From assembly GCA_045121575.1 (NCBI GenBank), contig JBGVGH010000047.1, forward strand, positions 940-64,939: DNA of 64,000 nucleotides, in the 5' to 3' direction. Under the pieces are notes generated by a model. That model was not told where the DNA came from and did no database searches. It worked only from the letters and a program-made list of their open reading frames with translations. The DNA comes from Faecousia sp. GTDB taxonomy: Bacteria > Bacillota > Clostridia > Oscillospirales > Oscillospiraceae. Numbering within the stretch: the stretch's first letter is position 1; each line of letters opens with the position of its first letter. The position numbers and the translations under genes are program-made. Positions 1 through 9,879 of this stretch are shown piece by piece.

Positions 1-436
1 ATTGTTTGTTCCAGTCAAAATGCCCCACCAAAATGAAGTCCAGCTTTACCGTATCAAACAGGTAATGAATCACCGCCTGAACCGCCTCCGGCATCAGTCC
101 CTGTCCCCAATAGGCTTTTGAAAGAACATAGCCGATTTCCCGGCCGGAAAGGTTGGAAAGCTCTGGATAATGTTCTTCGCTGTATTCCTCAATGCCCAAA
201 GAGCCAATTACTTTGCCTTGATACTCCAGGGCAAAGGTGTGTTTGCCGGTGATGAAGTGCCCAAGGATGCGCCGAGATTCCTCCAAATCCTGATGGGGCG
301 TCCAGCCCGCCATCTGCCCGACGCCGTCTACCCGTGCGTATTCGTAAAAGTCCTGCAAGTCAGTTTCCCGCCAGGGGCGTAAGAGCAGCCGCTCTGTTTT
401 CAGCGTAACGGTACTGATGTCAATTTGTGCGTTCAT
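1..436 (-). CDS. GNAT-family N-acetyltransferase (RimJ/RimL-like); C-terminus runs off the window
   Basis: Hand translation of the minus strand from ATG at 434-436 (GGGAGG upstream) gives MNAQIDISTVTLKTERLLLRPWRETDLQDFYEYA...SKAYWGQGLMPEAVQAV, a typical RimJ/RimL-type GNAT pattern. It is absent from the ORF track because it is open at the window edge. Confidence 0.7.
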   Translation of the reverse strand, partial: MNAQIDISTVTLKTERLLLRPWRETDLQDFYEYARVDGVGQMAGWTPHQDLEESRRILGHFITGKHTFALEYQGKVIGSLGIEEYSEEHYPELSNLSGREIGYVLSKAYWGQGLMPEAVQAVIHYLFDTVKLDFILVGHFDWNKQ

Positions 437-459
437 TTTTCTTCCTCCCAAATAAAAAA

Positions 460-497
460 GCAGTGCAAGCAACCTTTTCAGGCTGAGCTTGCACTGC
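460..497 (-). terminator. Hairpin terminator downstream of the ABC-2 operon
   Basis: Stem gcagtgcaagc / gcttgcactgc, flanked by an A-run and a T-rich run. Confidence 0.45.
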
Positions 498-722
498 ATT
501 TGTTTCTTTACGAATTCCTGTTTGGGTTATCCGAAAAAAGCATACGACAATGTAAGCCCGATGCAATGATTCTGCATTGCGTTACCGGACTGGTTATTAT
601 TCACATTGCAAATATAGCTGTAACCGAACATTGTCGTACCTCCTTTGGGATAATTTTCCTTACTATACACGATTTTTCTGCCACTGTCAATCCTTTTTGA
701 ATCATTCTAAAAAAGCGTTTCC

Positions 723-2318
723 TTACAATGCTTCAAAAATTGCAGCGCCCCGGGTTTTAATCCACCGCACCAGCACGCCGGACAGGGCCAGCAGCAGCAC
801 CGCCACTCCCAGCAGATACCACACCGCCGGAATGTAGGAAGCCAGGCCATAATAGGCGCCGCACAGGGCTATCACCAGTCCCCATCCGCCAAACAACGCC
901 AGGGTGACGCTCATGCTCTGCTTCACCGGCACCGCCTCATTGACCCAGTTCAGATTGGGCATTTTCAGATTCAGCCACAGGCCCGCCGCGGCGGTCAGCA
1001 GGACGAAGGCGGCGGAAGCCGCGAAAATCAGCACCGCAAAATACCAGGCCGGGCGAATCACCCACACCAAAACGGCACACAGCACCATGGTCGGAACCAG
1101 CGTCAGATACAGGTGCAGCTTCAGCTTTGCCATCAGTGCATCGGCGGCACGCACCGGCATGGAACGCACCAGCCAGAGATTTTTACCCTCCAGGGAAACG
1201 CTGGGAGCGGAAATATCCGACATAGAACTGATGGCGCAAACCGCCGCCACCGCCACCAGGGCCAGCACATCCGTTGCCCCGCCGAACAATTGGTTTATCA
1301 TCTCCACCAGCACCTCCCGCTTGAGGAGCAGGGCAACGGCGGCAATGGGCATAAACAGCAGGCCCAGACCGCAGTTGAGCATATAGGTGGGGCTGCCCAA
1401 AAACCGGCGCAGCTCCTTTTTCAGAAGCGCGGATTTTGCGTTCCCCACTTTCAGGGCCTTTTCCCTGTATTTTACCCGGGCTGTGCCCCGGTTTGCGGTG
1501 GCAATCTTCAAGAAGCTGCGGGACAGCACCAGATACACCGCCCCGAAAAGCAGCCCCATCATGGCGGCAAAAATCAACATGCTCAGCCCATTGCCGCAGG
1601 CGGCAAGGCCCATTTGATAGAAGGGATACAGGATGGTTTTCACCTTGCTGCCCAGATTGGCAGGGTCAGCGAGAATCTTCCCGATAATGGCATAGGCCTG
1701 GCTGTAAACATAGTAATAGCCCACAATGAAAGCCAGTGACAGCAACACCGTGAGGAAATTCTTGTTTTTCAGCCGGGATGTCACCAGTCCCACCACATAG
1801 CCCAACACTGCCGACAGCGCCAGCACCAGCAGCGACAGCAGCAGCGGCAGCAGCAGGCTGAATACAACCCCCGCCACAGTGGGATTTCCGTCGGCAAAGA
1901 ACACCACCAGCGCCGGAACCATCACAATCAGCTCATACATCAGGCCCGTCAGATAGACGCCGGACAGCCGCACCAGCAGGATTTTAGACGGTGGAATGGG
2001 CATGGACAGCAGCATATCATTGTCCTTGGCCTGATACAGCGAAGAATAGGTGTTAAAAACGCTGCCAAAAACGCCCAGCACCACCGCAACCATTCCCATC
2101 AGCGCCATGTACAGCCAGCCAAGCCCCGCCTGGGTCAAAGGCGCGCACAAAGAGGACGCCATCATCCCGAACACCATGCCCAACGAGGCAAACACAAACA
2201 GATACAGCAGGATGTAGCCAACAGCCCCGGCCTTGCCCCGCCGTTTTCCGGTCTTGGCATCCCGGTAAACCCAGGAAAAGACCTCCATCATCTGCTTTTT
2301 AAACAGCGCTTTTATCAT
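723..2318 (-). CDS. ABC-2-type exporter permease (multi-pass membrane protein)
   Basis: 531-aa, very hydrophobic ORF. Its start overlaps the stop of the upstream ABC ATPase gene (ATGA overlap at 2315-2318). Confidence 0.75.
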   Translation of the reverse strand: MIKALFKKQMMEVFSWVYRDAKTGKRRGKAGAVGYILLYLFVFASLGMVFGMMASSLCAPLTQAGLGWLYMALMGMVAVVLGVFGSVFNTYSSLYQAKDNDMLLSMPIPPSKILLVRLSGVYLTGLMYELIVMVPALVVFFADGNPTVAGVVFSLLLPLLLSLLVLALSAVLGYVVGLVTSRLKNKNFLTVLLSLAFIVGYYYVYSQAYAIIGKILADPANLGSKVKTILYPFYQMGLAACGNGLSMLIFAAMMGLLFGAVYLVLSRSFLKIATANRGTARVKYREKALKVGNAKSALLKKELRRFLGSPTYMLNCGLGLLFMPIAAVALLLKREVLVEMINQLFGGATDVLALVAVAAVCAISSMSDISAPSVSLEGKNLWLVRSMPVRAADALMAKLKLHLYLTLVPTMVLCAVLVWVIRPAWYFAVLIFAASAAFVLLTAAAGLWLNLKMPNLNWVNEAVPVKQSMSVTLALFGGWGLVIALCGAYYGLASYIPAVWYLLGVAVLLLALSGVLVRWIKTRGAAIFEAL

Positions 2319-3025
2319 TTGTCTTCCTCCAGTTCCAGGAACACGCTTTCCAGGGAATCATCGCCCCGCACCTCTTCCATGGTACCGCACTTGACCAGCT
2401 TGCCGCCGGAGATGATGGCCACCTTGTCGCACAGCTTTTCCGCCACCTCCAGCACATGGGTGGAGAAGAAGATTGCGGCTCCCTCGTCGCAGCGCCGGCG
2501 CATCATTTCCTTCAGCAGATGGGAGGCTTTGGGGTCCAGACCCACAAAGGGCTCATCCATCACAATCAGCTTGGGGTCGTGAATCCACGCCGCGATAATG
2601 GCCAGCTTCTGCTTCATGCCGTGAGAATAGGCGGAAATGGGCTTGGCCAAATCGTCAGTAATCTCAAAATCGGCGGCATACTGATGAATGCGGGCCTGCC
2701 GCTGGGCGGCGGAAATGCCGAACACATCCGCCACGAAGTTCAGATACTGGATGCCGGTCATAAATTCGTACAGGTCGGGATTGTCCGGGATGTAGGCGAT
2801 TTTCTCCTTGCAGGCCAGGGGATTTTCCTTCATGGAAATGCCATCGACGAAAATTTCACCCCGGTCAAACCGCAAAATGCCGCAGCAGGATTTGATGGTG
2901 GTGGTTTTGCCGGCGCCGTTGTGGCCGATGAAGCCATAGATTTCTCCCTTTTGAATGTGTAGGCTCAAATCGTCCACGGCCTTCTTTTCTCCGTAGGTTT
3001 TGGTCAGGTTGTTGATAATCAGCAT
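2315..3025 (-). CDS. ABC transporter ATP-binding protein
   Basis: Walker A GHNGAGKTT, signature YSHGMKQKL, Walker B LIVMDEP. Start moved to ATG 3023-3025, which follows GGGAGG. Confidence 0.9.
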   Translation of the reverse strand: MLIINNLTKTYGEKKAVDDLSLHIQKGEIYGFIGHNGAGKTTTIKSCCGILRFDRGEIFVDGISMKENPLACKEKIAYIPDNPDLYEFMTGIQYLNFVADVFGISAAQRQARIHQYAADFEITDDLAKPISAYSHGMKQKLAIIAAWIHDPKLIVMDEPFVGLDPKASHLLKEMMRRRCDEGAAIFFSTHVLEVAEKLCDKVAIISGGKLVKCGTMEEVRGDDSLESVFLELEEDK

Positions 3026-3078
3026 GGTTGTTCCTCCCTTTTTTCCGTTGATTTCTTTTTTCACCATCCGGTTTTATA

Positions 3079-3184
3079 GGCTCATTATAGCGCAAGCTCC
3101 CCGAAAAGAATAGCACGGATTTATTGCCAAATGTGTCGATTCTTCATCAAAGCAAAAGGAGAGAAGCCGCAGCTTCTCTCCTCC
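3079..3184 (-). repeat. Copy 1 of a ~106-bp terminator-plus-promoter module upstream of an ABC operon
   Basis: Matches 4954-5060 with about 8 substitutions and 2 single-base indels (hand alignment). On the minus strand it contains the hairpin ggagagaagc/gcttctctcc and a TATAAT (3084-3089). Confidence 0.8.
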
Positions 3185-3204
3185 AAAGGAATTTTGCGTT
3201 CCAG

Positions 3205-4920
3205 TTAGCCCTGAGAAATGGTGAACAGGGAGTAGAAATATCCCTTTTCCCCAATCAGCTCCTCAAAGGTGCCGCTTTCGACGATACGGCCGTTTTTCAT
3301 GGTAAGGATTTTGTCGTATTGCTTCAGCAGCCCTTCCTCCAGAGAATGGGTCACAACGATTCCGGTAATTCCCTCCAGCCCCAAAATGGCGCTGGATACC
3401 TGATAGGCCGTTTCCGCATCCAAGGCAGCCGTTGCTTCATCCACCAGCAGAATCTGGGATTTTTTCAGCAGGCTACGGGCGATGGAAATACGCTGCTTTT
3501 CGCCGCCGCTGAGGCCGCTTCCGTTTTCACCGCAGAGATAATCCTCTCCCTTTTTCTGAACCAGTGCCGTCAGGCCGGAAAGCTGCATGGCTTTCTCGAT
3601 TTGTTCCTCCGGGAAGGTGTGGAACATGGTAATATTGTCCCGAATTGTGGCATTGAACACAAATACATTCTGCTGGATGATGCTCTGCATCTCATAGAGG
3701 CTGGCGCTGGTGATGCTTCGCAACTCCATATCGTCATAGCAAATCGACCCATCGTAATGATGGTGCGAAGCCATCAGCAGATTCAGCAGAGTGGATTTTC
3801 CGCAGCCGGAAGCGCCAACGATGGCATACTTTTTCCCCACCTCAAAGGAGCAGTTAATGTGGTGCAGAACCGGCTTATCCTGCTCGTAGCCGAAGGAAAG
3901 GTTTTGCACAGTAATCCCCCGCTCCAACTTCTTTGCTTCCATTTGGCCTTCTTCCCGGACATTGCTATCCAGTGCGTTTGCCACTTTCTCAATCAGCGCC
4001 TTTGCCGCTTTTCGCTCTGCCAGGCAGGTGGGAATGGTGGCAATGGGATTGAGCACATAGTTCATCAGCTGCACAAAAACCATGGTGGTGCCGGCCGTAA
4101 TTCCCTTGCCGGACAGTGCCAGGTATGCGCCGAAAATAAATACCCCAATCTGCGCTGTCACCCCTGCCACCGAGCCAAACATCGACACCAGAATCTGCAC
4201 CTGTTCCCGGGTGCACTGTGCGTCTGCCAGTGCTTTGACATTCTCCCGAAAAATGCGAATCATCTGCTTTTCCGCTTTGAATGACTTGATGACCGAAAAT
4301 CCGCTGAGGCTGTCCTGGAGTGTCGCGGTATAGGTTTCATTCCGGTCCGATACGATTTTCTCCTGCCGCGCCACTTTATCACCCGCCAGAATGGATGCCG
4401 CCAGCGGAAACAGGGACAAAAGAAACGCAATCAGCGTTAATGTAGGGCTGTAGAGCAGCATCAGCACCACCGCCCCCAGAAAGACCAGCATACTGTCCAG
4501 CATGGTGAAGGTGTTGCGCAGGTATCCCTTCTCGATGATGGCCATGTCATTGGTCAGTCCCGAAATATAGGTAGACATATTTTCGCCGGAGAAAGCGGAT
4601 ATGTTTTTTCTGGTCAGCCCTTCAAAAACATAGGCCTTATACTGGGAAATGCCCTTTGCAATGAATTTGGGCTTTGAAAACAGGGCAATCAGATGCGCTG
4701 CCACCAGTACACCAATCCCGGCCAGCGTAATCCACACTAACTCCGTCAGCGTAAACCGGACGCCGTTGCCGCCAATGAGATCCAGCAGCTGCTGCAGCAG
4801 CCAGGAAACCAGCAGCGAGCAGCCCGCCGCCAGCACAGACTCGCACAGAGCAAGAGCGAAATAAAGGCTGTTGCCTTTGTAAAACTGCCGTGTAATGGGT
4901 TTGATATTCGTTTTTTTCAT
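3205..4920 (-). CDS. ABC transporter, fused permease/ATP-binding protein (type I exporter, MsbA/MdlB-like)
   Basis: N-terminal 6-TM region followed by Walker A GASGCGKST, signature LSGGEKQR, Walker B ILLVDEAT. ATG 4918-4920 follows GGGAGG. Confidence 0.9.
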   Translation of the reverse strand: MKKTNIKPITRQFYKGNSLYFALALCESVLAAGCSLLVSWLLQQLLDLIGGNGVRFTLTELVWITLAGIGVLVAAHLIALFSKPKFIAKGISQYKAYVFEGLTRKNISAFSGENMSTYISGLTNDMAIIEKGYLRNTFTMLDSMLVFLGAVVLMLLYSPTLTLIAFLLSLFPLAASILAGDKVARQEKIVSDRNETYTATLQDSLSGFSVIKSFKAEKQMIRIFRENVKALADAQCTREQVQILVSMFGSVAGVTAQIGVFIFGAYLALSGKGITAGTTMVFVQLMNYVLNPIATIPTCLAERKAAKALIEKVANALDSNVREEGQMEAKKLERGITVQNLSFGYEQDKPVLHHINCSFEVGKKYAIVGASGCGKSTLLNLLMASHHHYDGSICYDDMELRSITSASLYEMQSIIQQNVFVFNATIRDNITMFHTFPEEQIEKAMQLSGLTALVQKKGEDYLCGENGSGLSGGEKQRISIARSLLKKSQILLVDEATAALDAETAYQVSSAILGLEGITGIVVTHSLEEGLLKQYDKILTMKNGRIVESGTFEELIGEKGYFYSLFTISQG

Positions 4921-4953
4921 CCCGTTTCCTCCCTTTTCTTCCAAAATTCTATG

Positions 4954-5060
4954 GGCTCATTATAGCGCAGGCATCCCGAAAAGAATAGCACGGTTTTATT
5001 GTCAAATGTGTCGATTCTTCATCCAAAGTAAAAAGGAGAGAGGCCGCGGCTTCTCTCCTT
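4954..5060 (-). repeat. Copy 2 of the terminator-plus-promoter module
   Basis: See 3079-3184. The hairpin here is ggagagaggc/gcttctctcc, and the TATAAT complement is at 4959-4964. Confidence 0.8.
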
Positions 5061-5070
5061 TTCTCTTTGT

Positions 5071-7359
5071 TTATTGGGCAGATACCACAATTTCGCCGTT
5101 TTCCACCGTGACAGAAATGGAAGAAATGGGGCTTTCAAAGGAATCCACGATTTTCTCGCTGATGGGGTCCTCCAGTCTGCGCTGGATGGTGCGGCGCAGG
5201 TTCCGCGCGCCGTAAACGGCGGAGTAAGCCTCCTGCACCAGCATCTGGCGCACGCTCTCGTCCCAGGACAAAGACAGGCCCCGGCTCTCCAGGCTGCGGC
5301 GCAGCTCGCCCAGCATGATGTCGGCGATATTCAGGAAATTCTCCTGGGTCAGGTGGTTGAAGGTGATGATTTCGTCCACCCGGTTGAGGAATTCCGGCCG
5401 CAGGAATTCCCGCAGCGCCTGCATGGTTTTTTCCTTCACCATGTCGCTGTCGGTTCTGCCGAAGCCGACGCCTCCCACCCGACCTTCCGAGCCGGCATTG
5501 GAGGTCATGACAATGATGGTGTTTTCAAAATTCACCACCCGGCCCTGGGCATCGGTGATGCGTCCATCGTCCAGCACCTGCAGCAGCACATTCAGCACAT
5601 CCGGGTGTGCCTTCTCAATCTCGTCAAAGAGCACCACGCTGTAGGGGCGGCGGCGAATCTTCTCCGTCAGCTGCCCGGCCTCGTCATAGCCCACATAGCC
5701 GGGAGGCGAGCCAATCAGCTTGGAAACGGTATGTTTTTCCATGTACTCCGACATATCCAGGCGAATCAGGCTGTCCACGCTGTCAAACAAATCGTCCGCC
5801 AGCTGCTTGACCAGCTCTGTCTTGCCCACGCCGGTAGGGCCGACGAAAATAAAGGAAACCGGCTTTTTCTTGGGAGAAATGCCCACCCGGTTGCGGCGAA
5901 TGGCACGGGAAACCGCCTCCACCGCCTCGTCCTGTCCCACAATGTGCTGCTTCAGCCGGTCGGACAGGCCCTTAATCTGCTGATACTCCTGGGCCTTGAT
6001 TTTAGAAGCGGGAATTTTCGTCCACAGCTCAATGATGCGGGCCAGATTTTCCATGGTCACGGCAGGCTTGGGCAGCTTCTCCAGCTCCTCAATCTGTGCC
6101 GAAAGCTGCAGCAGCTTGCTGCGCACCATGGCAAGGCGCTCATAGTCCTGATTCTCCGTCTGCTCGTTGAGCATCCGCAGTTCCAGTTCATAGTCGTCCC
6201 GCTCTTTTTTCAGCTCTGCCATGCGGGAAATCTCTTTGCACCGCAGGTTCACATCGGAGCAGGCTTCGTCCAGCAGGTCGATGGCCTTATCCGGCAGGAA
6301 ACGGTCGGTAATATACCGCTCGGACAGAATGACGCACTGATAGGCGATTTCCGGCGGAATCTCCACCCCGTGGAACTGGGCATAGGCCTTGGCCACGCCC
6401 TGCATAATCTGTCCTGCCTCCTCGATGGTAGGCTCTGCCACCGTCACCGGCTGGAAGCGGCGCTCCAGAGCCGCGTCTTTTTCAATGTACTTGCGGTACT
6501 CGGCAAAGGTGGTGGCGCCGATGACCTGAATTTAGCCCCGGGACAGGGCAGGCTTGAGGATATTGGCGGCGTTCATGGAGCCTTCCGCGTCCCCCGCGCC
6601 CACCAGATTGTGGACTTCGTCGATGACCAGAATGATATTGCCGCAGGCCTTGATTTCCGAAATCAAGCTCTTCATTCGGCTTTCAAACTGGCCCCGGAAC
6701 TGGGTTCCGGCCACCAGGGCCGTGAGATCCAGCAGGAACACTTCCTTGTCCTTCAGCTTATAGGGCACATCCCCGGCGGCAATCCGCTGGGCAAGGCCCT
6801 CGGCAATGGCAGTTTTGCCCACGCCCGGCTCACCGATGAGGCAGGGATTGTTCTTCTGGCGGCGGTTGAGAATCTGGATAATCCGCTCTGTTTCCGTATC
6901 CCGGCCAATGACCTTATCCAGCTCGCCCCGCTGGGCCCGGCCGGTCAAATCCATGCAGTAGGAATCCAGGAATTTATGGGCCTTTTCCTTCTTTTTCGGG
7001 GGTTTCTCCCCTTCCGGCTGCTTTTTATGCTCCGACGGCTCCTGCTGGGCGGGCAGATTTTGGGAAGTGCCGAACAACTGATTCAGCAGCGGGAAGGTAG
7101 CCGTCTGGCTCTCCGCCTCGTCCTCGTCCGGGTGCTCCTGGTCCATTTGGCCGAACATATTGCTCATTTCATCCGAGAGGTTGTCCAAATCCTCCTCGGA
7201 GAAGCCCATCTGCTTCACCGCCTGGTCAATCTGGGGAATGCCCAGACTGCGGGCACACTTGAGGCAGTAGCCCTCGTTCAGCGTGGCGCCGTTTTCGATG
7301 CGGGTGATGAAAACAACGGCGATATTTTTCTTACATTTGGTACAAAGTTTGGGTTGCAT
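5071..7359 (-). pseudogene. ClpC/ClpA-type two-AAA+ Clp ATPase with an N-terminal CxxC...CxxC zinc-ribbon, interrupted by one in-frame TAA
   Basis: ORFs 6532-7359 and 5071-6447 are in the same frame. Reading through gives ...[46 protein letters not shown]..., and the TAA (complement of 6532-6534) sits where this family has Glu (GAA). Walker A motifs GEPGVGKT and GPTGVGKT are present. Confidence 0.8.
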
Positions 7360-7414
7360 CGGTTATCACTCCATTTCTATGGAACAACCTGCCCGCAAAG
7401 GCAGGCGCTATGGT

Positions 7415-8188
7415 TTAAAGAATGTCATGGCACTGGAAATTTTCAATGCCATCGTCGTACCACAGGTGGGTCATATACAGGCCGCCGGGCGGTACGGTGG
7501 GGCCGGCGGCAGTGCGGTTGCCCGCATCCAGAATGGCCCCGATTTCCGCAGGCTTGATTTTCCCCTCCGCGGCATACACCACGGTGCCTGCCATGGCACG
7601 GGCCATGTTATACAGAAAGCCGTTGGCGCACACCCGCAGGTAAATCAGATTCCCCTGCCGCTCCACATTATAATAATATACGGTGCGCACCGTGGACTTG
7701 ACATCGGTTCCCACGCTTCTGACCGCCGCGAAATCGTGGGTGCCCACAAACTGATCGGCGGCCTGCTGCATGATTTTTTCATCCAGGTGCTTGGGATAAA
7801 ACCAGGCACGGTTTACATAAAACGGGTCCCGCACTCTGGAATTGTAGATGATGTAGGTATATTCCTTCCGGGCACAGGAGCCGATGGCGTTGAAATCCTC
7901 GTGGACATCAAAGGCTTTCGTCACCACAATGTCCACCGGAAGATGGGTGTTGAGGGCATACGGAAGTCTTTCCGCCGGAATGGTGGAGGTGGTGCGGAAA
8001 TTGGCCACATAGCACTTGGCGTGCACCCCGGCATCGGTTCTGCCGCAGCCGGTGACATGGACGCTGTGGCCCACCACCATGGCAATGGCTTTTTCCATGG
8101 TTTCCTGCACCGTAGCCAGGTTTTTCTGCATCTGCCAGCCGTGATAGGCTGTGCCTTCATAGGTCAAAAACAGGGCTATATTTCGCAT
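7415..8188 (-). CDS. truA: tRNA pseudouridine(38-40) synthase TruA
   Basis: MRNIALFLTYEGTAYHGWQMQ...GCGRTDAGVHA. Start set at ATG 8186-8188, just after the ecfT stop. This is the canonical ecfA-ecfA-ecfT-truA context. Confidence 0.9.
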   Translation of the reverse strand: MRNIALFLTYEGTAYHGWQMQKNLATVQETMEKAIAMVVGHSVHVTGCGRTDAGVHAKCYVANFRTTSTIPAERLPYALNTHLPVDIVVTKAFDVHEDFNAIGSCARKEYTYIIYNSRVRDPFYVNRAWFYPKHLDEKIMQQAADQFVGTHDFAAVRSVGTDVKSTVRTVYYYNVERQGNLIYLRVCANGFLYNMARAMAGTVVYAAEGKIKPAEIGAILDAGNRTAAGPTVPPGGLYMTHLWYDDGIENFQCHDIL

Positions 8189-8196
8189 CCGCCACC

Positions 8197-9003
8197 TCAC
8201 AGCCCGAAGCGGGCCAGCACAATCACCGCCGCCAGCAGCAGCACGCCCACGCCGTAAGCGCCAAAGTCCCGGCGCTGATAGCGCAGCAGCTTCATCTTGG
8301 TGCGTCCCTCGCCGCCCTGGTAGCAGCGGCACTCCATGGCCGTGGCCAGCTCGTCGGCACGGCGGAAGGCGCTGATAAACAGGGGCACCAGAATGGGCAC
8401 CAGCGCCTTCACCCGCTGCATCAAAGAGCCGGTTTCAAAATCGGCGCCGCGGGCCTTCTGAGCGGACATGATTTTGTCGGTTTCCTCAATCAGGGTGGGA
8501 ATAAACCGCAGGGCGATGCACATCATCATGGCAAGCTCATGCACCGGCAGCTTGATTTTCTTCAGCGGTCCCAGCAGGGATTCCAGTCCGTCGGTCAGAG
8601 CAATGGGCGATGTGGTGTAGGTCAGAAGGAAGGTGCCTGAAATCAGCATCAGAATCCGAATCATCATGAAAAACGCCCGCACCACGCCCTCCAGCGTGAT
8701 GGTGATGACCCAGAAGGAAACCAACACCGTTTCCCCATCGGTAAAGAAAATGTTCAGCACGCCGGTGAAAATCAGAATCATCACCAGAGGCTTCATCCCC
8801 CGGAAAATGCTTTTCACCGGGATTTTGGAAATGGCGATGCACCAAACCAGAAACAGCAGCATCACCCCATAGGAAACCCAGCTCACTGCCAGAAACAGCG
8901 CCACAATATAGACCACCAGCATCACCAGCTTGGTGCGGGGGTCCAGCTTGTGCACCACGGAATTGCCGGGGAAAAACTGACCGAGGGTAATATCTTTCAG
9001 CAT
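8197..9003 (-). CDS. ecfT: ECF transporter transmembrane (T) component
   Basis: LDPRTKL start and the ARG...A.RxR type coupling motifs (AQKARGADFE, ALRFIPTL). Located downstream of two EcfA genes. Confidence 0.9.
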   Translation of the reverse strand: MLKDITLGQFFPGNSVVHKLDPRTKLVMLVVYIVALFLAVSWVSYGVMLLFLVWCIAISKIPVKSIFRGMKPLVMILIFTGVLNIFFTDGETVLVSFWVITITLEGVVRAFFMMIRILMLISGTFLLTYTTSPIALTDGLESLLGPLKKIKLPVHELAMMMCIALRFIPTLIEETDKIMSAQKARGADFETGSLMQRVKALVPILVPLFISAFRRADELATAMECRCYQGGEGRTKMKLLRYQRRDFGAYGVGVLLLAAVIVLARFGL

Positions 9004-9861
9004 TTATTTCCCCTCCTTCAGCTTTTTCAGGGCATCCACGGCCTGCTCCATGGTGTATACCGGCTCCACCGGCAGTCCCATTTCTTTCAGGCGCATGAAC
9101 ACTTTGGTAATCTGGGGAATGCCCAGTCCCATTTCCTCCAGCTCCCAGGCGTGGCTGAAAACCTCGCCGGGGGTGCCGTCCATGGCAATGTGCGCCCCAT
9201 TGAGCACCAGCAGTCTGTCCGTCAGCCGAGCCACATCGTTCATGGAATGGCTGACCATCATGATGGTGGCGTTCTTGGCACGGCGGTAGGCTTCAATATT
9301 GCCGAGAATTTCCTCCCGGCCCGCCGGGTCCAGTCCGGCGGTGGGCTCGTCCAGAATCAGCACCTCCGGCTCCATGGCAATCACGCCCGCAATCGCCACC
9401 CGGCGTTTCTGACCGCCGGACAGGTCAAAGGGCGAAACCTCCAGCTGCTGCTCCGTCAGGCCGACAAAGGCCGCAGCCTCCCGCACCCGGCGGTCCACTT
9501 CCTCCGCAGGCAGCCCCATATTCTTGGGGCCGAAGGAAATATCCTTGTACACCGTTTCCTCAAAAAGCTGATACTCCGGGTACTGAAACACCAGTCCCAC
9601 CCGGAACCGTGCTTCCCGGGTCAGCTTCTTGTCCGACCAGATGTCCTTGCCGTCCAGCAGCACCGTGCCGGAGGTTGGCTTGAGCAGGCCGTTCAGGTGC
9701 TGCATCAGCGTGGATTTTCCGGAACCGGTATGGCCGATGATGCCGATAAATTCTCCCCGGTTCACGGAAAAGCTGACATTATCCAGGGCGATATGCTCAA
9801 AGGGCGTCCCGGCGCTGTAAGTATGGGTCAGGTTCTGGACCTGTAAAATAGGCTCCACCAA
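9004..9861 (-). CDS. ecfA2: ECF transporter ATPase EcfA2
   Basis: Walker A GHTGSGKST, signature LSGGQKRR, Walker B ILDEPT. The stop abuts the ecfT ATG. The start is non-ATG (TTG or GTG) after GGAGGA. Confidence 0.9.
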   Translation of the reverse strand: MVEPILQVQNLTHTYSAGTPFEHIALDNVSFSVNRGEFIGIIGHTGSGKSTLMQHLNGLLKPTSGTVLLDGKDIWSDKKLTREARFRVGLVFQYPEYQLFEETVYKDISFGPKNMGLPAEEVDRRVREAAAFVGLTEQQLEVSPFDLSGGQKRRVAIAGVIAMEPEVLILDEPTAGLDPAGREEILGNIEAYRRAKNATIMMVSHSMNDVARLTDRLLVLNGAHIAMDGTPGEVFSHAWELEEMGLGIPQITKVFMRLKEMGLPVEPVYTMEQAVDALKKLKEGK

Positions 9862-9879
9862 AAAATTCCTCCCCGCGCG

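Noticed and set aside
5074-7557. Very long ORFs antisense to recognised genes. Examples are 5074-7557 (+, 827 aa), 15573-17243 (-, 556 aa), 27086-29131 (+, 681 aa), 61866-63863 (+, 665 aa), 32773-34527 (+, 584 aa) and 10012-11619 (+, 535 aa).
   Set aside because: These are shadow ORFs typical of GC-rich DNA. Their translations are low-complexity (rich in R/G/H/A/P/Q) with no motifs or RBS, while the opposite strand encodes clearly recognisable proteins.
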